Translations under genes and position numbers: made by a program
Assembly: GCA_015256915.3 (NCBI GenBank)
Contig: CP076101.2
Location: 270,001-302,000 of the forward strand
Reading direction: 5' to 3'
Length of the DNA stretch: 32,000 nt
From: Candidatus Saccharimonas sp.
GTDB taxonomy: Bacteria > Patescibacteriota > Saccharimonadia > Saccharimonadales > Saccharimonadaceae
The notes under the pieces: model-generated
Database searches by the model: none
Told to the model about the DNA's origin: nothing
The model's input: the letters and a program-made list of their open reading frames with translations, nothing else
Part shown: positions 1 to 6,501 of the stretch, piece after piece
How positions within the stretch are numbered: the stretch's first letter is position 1
How the letters are laid out: each line of letters begins with the position of its first letter

Positions 1-349
1 TTCCAATAATTTGTTTTCGCGGAACCGGACCAATTTGCTTATAAATAAACCCACCATCTTCATTAATTGTAAGCTTCAGAATATCGCCCTCCACAAGCTT
101 TGATTTCGAAGCATAATTCGCTGGAACTGGGTAATTTTTACCATCTGGACCAATCATAGTTTGACCATCGAAAACACCTTCAATAACTTTGCCATGAGGG
201 CTTTCGATGATGGAATTACTTGGAGCTGTCACGGTGTTATCTTCACCGCTAATGCTTATTAGTAATTCTTTGGCTGCAGCAAGATTAGTTTCCGCTTCTT
301 GAATCAAGCTTTTTAGCCGTTTTACTTGTTTTTCTGGTAATTCAGACAT
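1..349 (-). CDS. hypothetical protein, 5' part only (gene runs off the window start)
   Basis: Minus-strand frame is open from ATG at 349 (MSELPEKQVKRLKSLIQEAETNLAAAKELL...GPDGKNYPVPANYASKSKLVEGD...) to position 1 with no stop. GAGGA at 352-356 lies just upstream. It is missing from the ORF track only because it is truncated. No family recognised. Confidence 0.5.
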   Translation of the reverse strand, partial: MSELPEKQVKRLKSLIQEAETNLAAAKELLISISGEDNTVTAPSNSIIESPHGKVIEGVFDGQTMIGPDGKNYPVPANYASKSKLVEGDILKLTINEDGGFIYKQIGPVPRKQIIG

Positions 350-548
350 ATTCCTCGCATTTTCCTTGTCTGTTTTCTTTTGATATTATCTTTTAAATTC
401 TATCACGAATTAACCTAAAAGTCAATATTTTTATATAATTTTAAGCTAATTTTAAGTTTTCCACAATTTTTAATCTGTTAAATGTAGGATGTTGTAATTT
501 TTACAGAAATGCTTATGTTTATTTTTAATAACGTTTATCGATATTGCA

Positions 549-577
549 TTGACTTTTCAAGACAATAGTTATAATAT
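549..577 (+). promoter_or_regulatory. putative sigma70-type promoter of the pilin gene
   Basis: TTGACT 549-554, 17-nt spacer, TAATAT 572-577 (alternatively TATAAT 570-575 with a 15-nt spacer). The ATG at 584 follows 6 nt later with no Shine-Dalgarno. Hexamer choice is ambiguous. Confidence 0.35.
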
Positions 578-583
578 GAAAAT

Positions 584-1096
584 ATGAATAAGCATAAACT
601 AAATAAAGGTTTTACGATCATTGAAGTCGTTTTGGTTCTTGCGATTGTGGGATTAATTTTTCTTGCTGTTTTTTTAGCTCTTCCCGCTCTTCAACGCAAT
701 CAACGAGATACACAACGTAAAAACGATATGTCACGGTTTAAGGCCGCTTATCATCAATATCGCGCAAACAATAAAGGTTCAAAAATTGGCGGAGTATTCA
801 ACGGTGAGTCTATGAGTAAACTTCCAAATTGGGATAATTTCATTAATGAATATCTTCGAAAAGGTAATGACACTTTTCGTGATCCTCTTGGTGAAGATTA
901 TTTCGTTCAGGAGGGGTTGTGGGATTATGCTCGAGCTGGAGGGGTTGGAACAGGTGTTATTACTATTAAAGATGGCCATGTTTGCGACTATAGTTCTAAT
1001 AAGCCAATCAACCAAAGAATTGTTAGTGGAAATGGTCAAACTGCAAGGATTTGGCTTGAATCTGGTGAGGTTTATTGCTTAGATTTACTTAACTAA
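584..1096 (+). CDS. type IV pilin / pseudopilin-like protein (prepilin N-terminal cleavage-methylation motif)
   Basis: N-terminus MNKHKLNKG/FTIIEVVLVLAIVGLIFLAV has a short basic leader, G-F-T-x-x-E and a hydrophobic helix. Two Cys near the C-terminus (..HVCDYSS....EVYCLD) resemble a pilin disulfide loop. 170 aa. Confidence 0.85.
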   Translation: MNKHKLNKGFTIIEVVLVLAIVGLIFLAVFLALPALQRNQRDTQRKNDMSRFKAAYHQYRANNKGSKIGGVFNGESMSKLPNWDNFINEYLRKGNDTFRDPLGEDYFVQEGLWDYARAGGVGTGVITIKDGHVCDYSSNKPINQRIVSGNGQTARIWLESGEVYCLDLLN

Positions 1097-1116
1097 CATT
1101 TTCTTGAAGAATTAAT

Positions 1117-1138
1117 AAAACCCTCCAATGAGGGTTTT
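1117..1138. terminator. bidirectional rho-independent terminator between convergent genes
   Basis: 9-bp stem AAAACCCTC (1117-1125) / GAGGGTTTT (1130-1138) with 4-nt loop. A-run and T-run are built into the arms. It lies between stops at 1096 (+) and 1142 (-). Confidence 0.75.
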
Positions 1139-1141
1139 CGA

Positions 1142-1384
1142 TTAATAGGGTTTCCAATTATGTTTGTAGATTGTCAACGAATTGCCAATTATGTCGACCT
1201 CGTAGACTTCCCCCGCACTCTCAAAAAGAAAGTGCGTTTTATTTTTATTGGCTCCGATTCGGCAATATTCTTGGATGTAGGCACAGAGGTTTGGGGCTTC
1301 TCCTTTATCAAAGCTTCCTGAAGGGTTTTCTTTTGTTAGTTTTCTCAGCTCTTTTAAAGCTCTTCCGCTAATATTATAGCTCAT
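1142..1384 (-). CDS. hypothetical small protein (80 aa)
   Basis: ORF-track frame. The ATG at 1384 is preceded by GAGGAGGAGGAAG, which comes from the EEEEE codons of the upstream gene. It overlaps that gene by 11 nt. No family recognised. Confidence 0.6.
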   Translation of the reverse strand: MSYNISGRALKELRKLTKENPSGSFDKGEAPNLCAYIQEYCRIGANKNKTHFLFESAGEVYEVDIIGNSLTIYKHNWKPY

Positions 1385-1706
1385 TTTCTTCCTCCTCCTC
1401 TATTTTTGTAACTTCAATTGTATTTTCTTCAAGAAATTCAACGCTAAATTTTCGATTTTTCGAATACTGAAAACTATCGAAAATATCAAAACCGGTAATT
1501 TTTTTCTTACCGAAAGATTTTCGAATTTGTGATAATTCTTCAAAAACTTCTTTTCGAATTGGATTTTTTTCGTCCTCAACTAAAACCGTTCCCGTGCGAT
1601 TTGACTCATTGATTGCGTTTAAGTCTTGCATAAGTTTATCGCTGTCGTCATCATAAAGAAGTTCATCGCCAGCAGAAGTACGAAAAACAAAATTATAAAA
1701 AGCCAT
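1374..1706 (-). CDS. hypothetical acidic protein (110 aa)
   Basis: ORF-track frame. AAGAGGA Shine-Dalgarno upstream of ATG 1706, and TATAAT at 1753-1758 (minus) further upstream. D/E-rich with a C-terminal EEEEENEL. No family recognised. Confidence 0.65.
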   Translation of the reverse strand: MAFYNFVFRTSAGDELLYDDDSDKLMQDLNAINESNRTGTVLVEDEKNPIRKEVFEELSQIRKSFGKKKITGFDIFDSFQYSKNRKFSVEFLEENTIEVTKIEEEEENEL

Positions 1707-1785
1707 AATTAATTCCTCTTTCTAATGTGCTACTCAAACGAGCGCTTTTAATATTATACAACTTTTTTAAAGAAAAATCAAGACT

Positions 1786-1811
1786 AAAAAAATCCCCGCA
1801 AAATTGCGAGG
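1786..1811 (-). terminator. rho-independent terminator of the 116-aa gene
   Basis: Stem 1794-1800 / 1805-1811 (7 bp). The single mismatch on the plus strand becomes a G-U wobble in minus-strand RNA. A run of 7 U follows (1786-1792). It abuts the stop at 1812. Confidence 0.65.
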
Positions 1812-2162
1812 TTATGACGGCCAGAGTTTTTTGACTTCTGTGCTTTCGCCGCTGCGGCAAAAAATTTCGAAATTATAATCTTCATTCGAATCTTGTATAA
1901 TTTGATAGTAATACGCCATATCGTTGATGTCTTGCATTTCGAAAGTATCGAAAATTTCTTCCATCAGCACCATTTCGTTACTAAAAATTCTACCGCCAGC
2001 CGTTATTTTAAGGGAATCTTTTCCATTAAGGAGCGTTTTGAGATTTTTCACGATTTGCTCCGCAGATTTACCCTTAATCTCAATAGATTTAGCTTTTGCG
2101 ATTTCTGCCGAAAGCTGTTTTTCGCTTACGGCTTCATCGACTACTTTAATGAAAATATTCAT
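1812..2162 (-). CDS. hypothetical acidic protein (116 aa)
   Basis: ORF-track frame. GGAGG lies 5-6 nt upstream of ATG 2162. It has its own terminator. No family recognised. Confidence 0.65.
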   Translation of the reverse strand: MNIFIKVVDEAVSEKQLSAEIAKAKSIEIKGKSAEQIVKNLKTLLNGKDSLKITAGGRIFSNEMVLMEEIFDTFEMQDINDMAYYYQIIQDSNEDYNFEIFCRSGESTEVKKLWPS

Positions 2163-2257
2163 AATGTGCCTCCATAAGCTACAAATTTCGGCGGACCGAT
2201 GAGCTTATTGTTTAAATTTTATAACAAGATTTTTTAAAATGCAAGCTTGAGCTTAAT

Positions 2258-2278
2258 AAAAAAGCCGCAAATGCGACT
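2258..2278 (-). terminator. rho-independent terminator of the 118-aa gene
   Basis: Minus-strand RNA AGUCGC-AUUU-GCGGCU (6-bp stem with one G-U) followed by six U (2258-2263). It lies 13 nt after the stop at 2291. Confidence 0.55.
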
Positions 2279-2290
2279 TTGTATGAAGGA

Positions 2291-2647
2291 TTACGTTAGA
2301 AATGGTGGTATCTCAAGTTCTTCTTGAGAATTACGCGGTATTTTGATATTTTCTTCAATCCGATGTGGAATTTCTTCATCGTGTAATATTTTTACGACTT
2401 TGAAATTCCCATCAACCAACAAGCATATTTGAATAATCTCTTTTCTTGAGATAAATCGGTTAGGAGATTCACCTCTAAGATAAACAATTTCCGCTGATCC
2501 GTGAATTTCAACAATCTCTTTATCTAGATCGTAGACTGCTTTTGGTGAAATATAAATCGCTTTATTTCCATCAGCTTCGAGCCTCACTGGTGTTCCAGTT
2601 GTTATTGCTCGAAGTAGTTCTTCCTGTAAGAAAAATTGTTGATTCAT
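2291..2647 (-). CDS. hypothetical protein (118 aa)
   Basis: ORF-track frame. Strong GGAGGA Shine-Dalgarno upstream of ATG 2647. No family recognised. Confidence 0.65.
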   Translation of the reverse strand: MNQQFFLQEELLRAITTGTPVRLEADGNKAIYISPKAVYDLDKEIVEIHGSAEIVYLRGESPNRFISRKEIIQICLLVDGNFKVVKILHDEEIPHRIEENIKIPRNSQEELEIPPFLT

Positions 2648-2749
2648 TTTCTGAATCCTCCTCTAAATAAAAGTTCTAGGCAAAAGCTCAGACAATTAAA
2701 CTATAGCAGAAAATATAAGTTTTGTCAATAAAAGGCTTTCGAAAAGCTC

Positions 2750-2778
2750 TTGAAAAGCATTATTTTTTTTGATATAAT
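2750..2778 (+). promoter_or_regulatory. sigma70-type promoter of tRNA-Gln
   Basis: TTGAAA 2750-2755, exactly 17-nt spacer, TATAAT 2773-2778. The predicted start near 2785 is only about 4 nt before the mature tRNA 5' end. Confidence 0.6.
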
Positions 2779-2788
2779 TGAAAAGTAT

Positions 2789-2863
2789 TGGGATGTCGCC
2801 AAGTGGTAAGGCAGCGGGTTCTGGTCCCGCCATTCGGGGGTTCGAATCCCTCCATCCCAGCCA
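2789..2863 (+). tRNA. tRNA-Gln (anticodon CUG), CCA encoded
   Basis: Cloverleaf read by hand: acceptor TGGGATG/CATCCCA, D-arm GCC-AAGTGGTAA-GGC, anticodon stem GCGGG/CCCGC with loop TTCTGGT, T-arm GGGGG-TTCGAAT-CCCTC, discriminator G plus CCA. The U1-A72 pair and overall sequence closely resemble E. coli tRNA-Gln. Confidence 0.93.
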
Positions 2864-2867
2864 AAGT

Positions 2868-2900
2868 AAAAACATGAGTTAATGCGCTCATGTTTTTTCT
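2868..2900 (+). terminator. rho-independent terminator after tRNA-Gln
   Basis: Stem AACATGAG (2871-2878) / CTCATGTT (2887-2894), 8-nt loop, then TTTT. Flanking A/T runs can extend the stem. Confidence 0.75.
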
Positions 2901-2915
2901 TTGGTGAAAAAACAT

Positions 2916-2953
2916 AAAAAGAGGCTCACTTCCAGCTTGGTGAGTCTCTTTTT
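2916..2953. terminator. second hairpin with A-run and T-run (bidirectional-terminator-like)
   Basis: 10-bp stem AGAGGCTCAC (2920-2929) / GTGAGTCTCT (2940-2949) with one G-T, and a 10-nt loop. Flanked by AAAAA and TTTT. Confidence 0.5.
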
Positions 2954-3214
2954 ATTGTTCCGATCGAGGCAATTTCTGTATAAATTACCTCCGAGGATTA
3001 ATAAAACCGCGTAAAAAATACATACTTTAACAATCTGGCATTATTTAACAGAAGTCTTCCCTTTCGAAAGCAGGCTAATCAATAATAATTTAGAGCTTAA
3101 GCAATTATACTAGGAAACTTCAAAACATAACCTTTAGTGGGCGATTCGAGCTGGATATTGGAGATCCACCCGACCATACTTCAGTTCAAACCGCTCACTA
3201 AAAAGGAACAAATT

Positions 3215-3574
3215 ATGCAAAATACTAACGAAACCGAGTTTGAAAAAGAGCTTGAAAAAATCAAGAACTCTAAAATTGAACTCAAACCAATAAAACAAAA
3301 ACAAGGAGAAAATAAAATGAAAAATATTAAGAAATTTAACTGGAAAAAATTAATCGAAACAACTAAAACAATTGTCATTTATACAGCGGTTATTGCTGGT
3401 TTAGCCTTCTACTTCGGTATGAAACAAGGTGAAGCTAATACAAAAGTAAATAATGACAAATTAGTTGAGGCAATTCAAAATTTCAGTTCTCAGCTCCAGT
3501 GCTGTTTTCTTAACTTTTTCTGCCATATTTCCTCTTTAAATTTACTATTACAAATTTATATTACTAGTAAATAA
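3215..3574 (+). CDS. hypothetical small single-pass membrane protein (start uncertain: 3215 or 3317)
   Basis: The track ORF starts at GTG 3137. In-frame ATG 3215 (MQNTNE..) follows AAAGGA, and ATG 3317 (MKNIKKFNWKK..) follows AAGGAG 3303-3308 at 8-nt spacing. One TM segment is present (IVIYTAVIAGLAFYFGM). The Cys-rich, hydrophobic C-terminal tail looks like read-through into non-coding DNA. Confidence 0.4.
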   Translation: MQNTNETEFEKELEKIKNSKIELKPIKQKQGENKMKNIKKFNWKKLIETTKTIVIYTAVIAGLAFYFGMKQGEANTKVNNDKLVEAIQNFSSQLQCCFLNFFCHISSLNLLLQIYITSK

Positions 3575-3643
3575 CCTAGTTAATGTAGTTGATTTTAAAA
3601 GCTAAAAGATATAAAATCTAAATATAAGAAAGGTATTTATATT

Positions 3644-4081
3644 ATGAATTTTATAGATAAACTAAGAATTAAAAACCTAAATATGCGCCAATATGTTTTA
3701 GGTAACTACGACGGCGACTTCGAAGGAATAGAAGAAATAGTCGCTAAAGCTCGCCTTAAAATTACTTATAATGGTGGCGTAGAACTCCAATTTTCATATG
3801 GTTCAGCTTTTAAATATGAAACTGTACAGACTTTTTCTTGGGAAGAGATTAAAGGCTTCGATTATCGCCAAATTAAAGATTCTGCGGGTAAAAAGACTAA
3901 ATATATTTTCGAAAACATGCTTTACACCACAAAAGGAACCCTAGTATTAAGGGGTGAATATACTAAAGGTGGTAAAATGGGTTCAAATGCTTACACTTAT
4001 GATGGTTTGCTAATGGCTGCTACTAGCGCTAAGAATCGAATTAATGCTTGCTTGAAATTACATAAAAAATACGCCGACTAA
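3644..4081 (+). CDS. hypothetical protein (145 aa)
   Basis: ORF-track frame. AAGAAAGG upstream of ATG 3644. No family recognised. Confidence 0.6.
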   Translation: MNFIDKLRIKNLNMRQYVLGNYDGDFEGIEEIVAKARLKITYNGGVELQFSYGSAFKYETVQTFSWEEIKGFDYRQIKDSAGKKTKYIFENMLYTTKGTLVLRGEYTKGGKMGSNAYTYDGLLMAATSAKNRINACLKLHKKYAD

Positions 4082-4117
4082 ACTATTTCTCAATATAAAT
4101 TAAATGAAAGGATCTAT

Positions 4118-4633
4118 ATGCTAGAAAAACTCACAGGTCAAAAAACTTTTAAGGAAGCTTTTAAAAATGTCGTATGGTTCAAATTCACGGTCATTGCCTT
4201 GGTTGGAATATTTTTAATCGCTAGTGTCGTGCATGCGATCAATAATCCAGCAAAGCCAACCGCTCCAGTAAATACTAACACTCCAGCAAAACCAGATCAG
4301 CAACAAACAGCCAAAACTCCAAAACTGGTAGAAAAAGCGACCTATAACACGGCCTCTGGTATATCTTTTACGGTTAAAAAATCAACCGATTTAGCAAACC
4401 AGCCATATTATAATCTCCAAGCAAATATTTCAAAGAATGACCCAGCTTGGCGCAACAAAGCAAAAGAAGTTATTAAATTCATCAGTGAAAAAACCCAACA
4501 AAAAGACTTCTCAGTTTCTATATCAGATAAATCAACCGGAACAGACTTACTCAACTGGAATACCGGCAAGAATAAAGCAATCTTCTACACCTACCCAGTA
4601 GGATCTAACGAATCTGAAGCTTTCGATCTATAA
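4118..4633 (+). CDS. hypothetical membrane-anchored, probably extracytoplasmic protein (171 aa)
   Basis: AAAGGA precedes ATG 4118. N-terminal TM helix (FKFTVIALVGIFLIASVVHAI) is followed by a P/T/A/Q-rich linker (NPAKPTAPVNTNTPAKPDQQQTAKTPK) and a globular part. No family recognised. Confidence 0.7.
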   Translation: MLEKLTGQKTFKEAFKNVVWFKFTVIALVGIFLIASVVHAINNPAKPTAPVNTNTPAKPDQQQTAKTPKLVEKATYNTASGISFTVKKSTDLANQPYYNLQANISKNDPAWRNKAKEVIKFISEKTQQKDFSVSISDKSTGTDLLNWNTGKNKAIFYTYPVGSNESEAFDL

Positions 4634-4634
4634 T

Positions 4635-4664
4635 CAAAAAACAGACCTTTGTAGGTCTGTTTTA
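4635..4664. terminator. bidirectional rho-independent terminator (convergent 4118..4633 and 4685..4972)
   Basis: Perfect 8-bp stem ACAGACCT (4641-4648) / AGGTCTGT (4653-4660) with 4-nt loop. A6 before and TTT after. Confidence 0.8.
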
Positions 4665-4684
4665 ATTTTACTCGCAAGCAATTT

Positions 4685-4972
4685 TTATTCCAAACTCTCT
4701 TGCATATATCTATATACTATCCTAATTACCTCTTGCACGTCATCGTTAGTGTTTTTATATTGAATATTTTCATACGCTAGCTCTCCATACTCTCTAATAG
4801 CTTCACTAATAAGAGCGTGAATAAAAGATTGAGTCGCTCCATCAACTTTATTAAAATCTAATGTGATTTTTTCACCCTTTGCTAGCATTGGTAAAATTAT
4901 TTCTTCCCGTATTTTTTTAGCTAATTCTTTATTTTCGGCGAAATTACCAACTTCTTTATATAAAATAATCAT
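4685..4972 (-). CDS. STAS-like small protein (DUF4325-type, anti-sigma-antagonist-like fold predicted)
   Basis: 95 aa. The core ..EKITLDFNKVDGATQSFIHALISEAIREYG.. matches the pattern I associate with DUF4325 STAS-like domains (h-x-LDF-x-x-V-x3-S/T-x-SF). Its ATG overlaps the upstream stop as ATGA (4969-4972). Assignment is from motif memory, with no HMM run. Confidence 0.7.
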   Translation of the reverse strand: MIILYKEVGNFAENKELAKKIREEIILPMLAKGEKITLDFNKVDGATQSFIHALISEAIREYGELAYENIQYKNTNDDVQEVIRIVYRYMQESLE

Positions 4973-5934
4973 AGAAATTTAGGCTCCTTGTATTTAGTCC
5001 TTTTACGATCTCGGATAGCATCATCATATACCGAACTTATAAGTTTTAATATAGCTTGAAACTCAGGCGTATTGTCAAGAGACATATCTATAGCCACTAA
5101 AGTACCTTTAAAATCTCCCTCTATGATAGTATATCTATGAGGATCGTCGAATGGATCTATTTTTAATTTAAATATATTATTTCTTTTATCTCCTTTTAAA
5201 AGAGTGTATTCTGCTTTACCAGAAAATATAGTGAAATAACTCCTTGTAATTCGTGCTATAGATTTAGTAAAAAATAGCCCAGCTCCAGCATTATCTCTTG
5301 TTCCACCTTCTTTATGAGTAGTACCTGTAATTCCTGGCATAAGACTAAGCCTAATAGCCGAAATGTCGTCTTTAGGACGCCAATATTCATTCATGCTTTT
5401 CCATATACCAATTCCCGTATCACATATACCTATGCTAATCTTATTTTTTTTAGGATAATAATTAGCCGCAACTACTGCCCCCTTATCAGATAGAGAATGT
5501 TCAAGAACATTTCTAACTAGCTCTCCTATTATATACTTGATAATTCTGCTTTCTTTCTCGGGTAGGTGTAGTAATGGCACCATTTCAGCGATAAATTTAG
5601 ACTGATCATCAGCAGTTTTTACAACCTGTAAAGGTATATATCTTCCAGATGATTCTTTCTTGTTATATCTAAAAGGTGATTCCGTCTTTAGAAAATTAAA
5701 AAGACCCATAGAATCAAGATGTTTCCCGTTATCTGGCAGCGGCAGTTCAATAGAACTATTCTCCTTTCCGGTTTTTATAGCCAAGGCGGCAGTAAAAGCT
5801 AATATGGCTGGATGTACAGTTATCCATTTCTTATGAGTCTCCACCTCTAACGAATCAGGGTTAGAAAAATCAATAGATTTAATAAACCTTGAAAAATTTC
5901 TTAGGTGAGCTTGATTAGATAAAAATATTCTCAT
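4969..5934 (-). CDS. GHKL-superfamily ATPase (anti-sigma-factor / Ser-kinase-like) with an unassigned N-terminal domain of about 130 aa
   Basis: 321 aa. Bergerat-fold motifs are present: N-box GELVRNVLEHS, G1 ICDTGIGI, G2-like RDNAGAGLFF. There is no HisKA/H-box and no TM segment. No Shine-Dalgarno; the ATG sits 6 nt after a consensus -10 box. Confidence 0.8.
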   Translation of the reverse strand: MRIFLSNQAHLRNFSRFIKSIDFSNPDSLEVETHKKWITVHPAILAFTAALAIKTGKENSSIELPLPDNGKHLDSMGLFNFLKTESPFRYNKKESSGRYIPLQVVKTADDQSKFIAEMVPLLHLPEKESRIIKYIIGELVRNVLEHSLSDKGAVVAANYYPKKNKISIGICDTGIGIWKSMNEYWRPKDDISAIRLSLMPGITGTTHKEGGTRDNAGAGLFFTKSIARITRSYFTIFSGKAEYTLLKGDKRNNIFKLKIDPFDDPHRYTIIEGDFKGTLVAIDMSLDNTPEFQAILKLISSVYDDAIRDRKRTKYKEPKFL

Positions 5935-5940
5935 ATTTAA

Positions 5941-5969
5941 ATTATACCCGTAGGTCGTATTTTTGTCAA
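5941..5969 (-). promoter_or_regulatory. perfect-consensus sigma70 promoter, leaderless, for the GHKL/STAS operon
   Basis: On the minus strand: TTGACA (5969-5964), exactly 17 nt, TATAAT (5946-5941), 6 nt, ATG (5934). There is no Shine-Dalgarno. Confidence 0.7.
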
Positions 5970-5987
5970 TATACGACCTACGGGTAT
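5944..5987. repeat. perfect 17-bp inverted repeat (candidate operator or cruciform) overlapping the promoter
   Basis: ATACCCGTAGGTCGTAT (5944-5960) and its exact reverse complement ATACGACCTACGGGTAT (5971-5987), with a 10-nt spacer TTTTGTCAAT that contains the -35 hexamer. One arm fills the promoter spacer and part of the -10. Confidence 0.9.
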
Positions 5988-6174
5988 TTTAATATATTTT
6001 TTCACCCCTACAAATGGTCTATAAATCCTACCCAGCCACAGCTTTTGTCGCCTGCGTTGCAACATCATAAATCGACTTTTTAGCTTGATTCTGTTCTACA
6101 TGCAACATAGTTGATATAGATTGTATTTAACGTATAGCAATAAATATTTTCACGAATATTACAATTAAATTATT

Positions 6175-6338
6175 TTAAAGATAATTTAATCGATCTAAAG
6201 CCTCTGTATTTGATAGAGTCTGAAGAAACTCTTCATTATCTAAAGCGTCTGTGATGTCATTGTAATATCGCTTCACTGAATCGGTTGATTGATTTTTTTT
6301 GCGTAATCTCTAATTGATTGAGACAATTCTTTAAACAT
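6175..6338 (-). pseudogene. small ORF split by an A8 homopolymer (21-aa frame plus 33-aa frame; a 54-aa product if the tract were A9)
   Basis: ATG 6338 gives MFKELSQSIRDYAKKINQPIQ*, with the stop at 6273. One extra A in the A8 run (6293-6300) gives MFKELSQSIRDYAKKNQSTDSVKRYYNDITDALDNEEFLQTLSNTEALDRLNYL*, ending at 6175. TATAAT (6350-6345) lies 6 nt upstream of the ATG and TTCGCA (6373-6368) 17 nt further. Below the ORF-track length cut-off. Confidence 0.3.
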
Positions 6339-6501
6339 AACTAAATTATACTATAAAATAGACTGATTGCGAAATTATTATATAAGATATTATAGTTATT
6401 TATGTTATAGATTAAACTTGCCAACTAAAAATCGAAGGAGTAATCTCTATTTTTCATTTAATTCTGACTAAAATAGAATTGCTTTTATGGAAGTAAATTT
6501 G

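Noticed and set aside
779-1082. ORF-track frames 779..1039 (-) and 846..1082 (+) inside the pilin gene. Many other overlapping frames are of the same kind: 1171..1371, 1893..2202, 3181..3378, 6856..7425, 8771..8953, 9527..10369, 10453..11555, 11823..12492, 13503..14538, 15526..15756, 17318..17503, 18813..19198, 20664..21290, 21461..21926, 22407..22637, 26003..26236, 26788..27102, 27354..27554, 28182..28367, 29075..29299, 29527..30064, 30873..31217 and 31811..31993.
   Set aside because: All lie antisense to or out of frame within genes with clear family motifs or better start and terminator signals. Their low-complexity, hydrophobic or Ser/Phe-rich translations are typical of shadow ORFs in AT-rich DNA. 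None has its own Shine-Dalgarno or promoter.
3461-3526. Minus-strand mini-ORF MAEKVKKTALELRTEILNCLN* with AGAGG 4 nt upstream, antisense to the tail of the 3215..3574 ORF. It might be a truncated gene start marking a recombination scar.
   Set aside because: Only 21 codons, short Shine-Dalgarno spacing, no homolog recognisable and no independent support. I cannot distinguish it from chance.
6024-6038. Possible attR remnant: AATCC..CCCAGCCA resembling the 3' end of tRNA-Gln (2845-2863).
   Set aside because: Only an 8-mer is identical, plus a displaced 5-mer. An 8-mer match is expected about once by chance in 32 kb on two strands. It is mentioned under the island finding but is not callable as a feature.
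6028-6108. Minus-strand 26-aa ORF (MLHVEQNQAKKSIYDVATQATKAVAG*) and the TGCAACAT direct repeat (6058-6065, 6101-6108) in the non-coding stretch upstream of the GHKL promoter.
   Set aside because: No convincing Shine-Dalgarno or promoter spacing, very short, and the 8-nt repeat is within chance expectation. It is treated as part of the decayed intergenic region.
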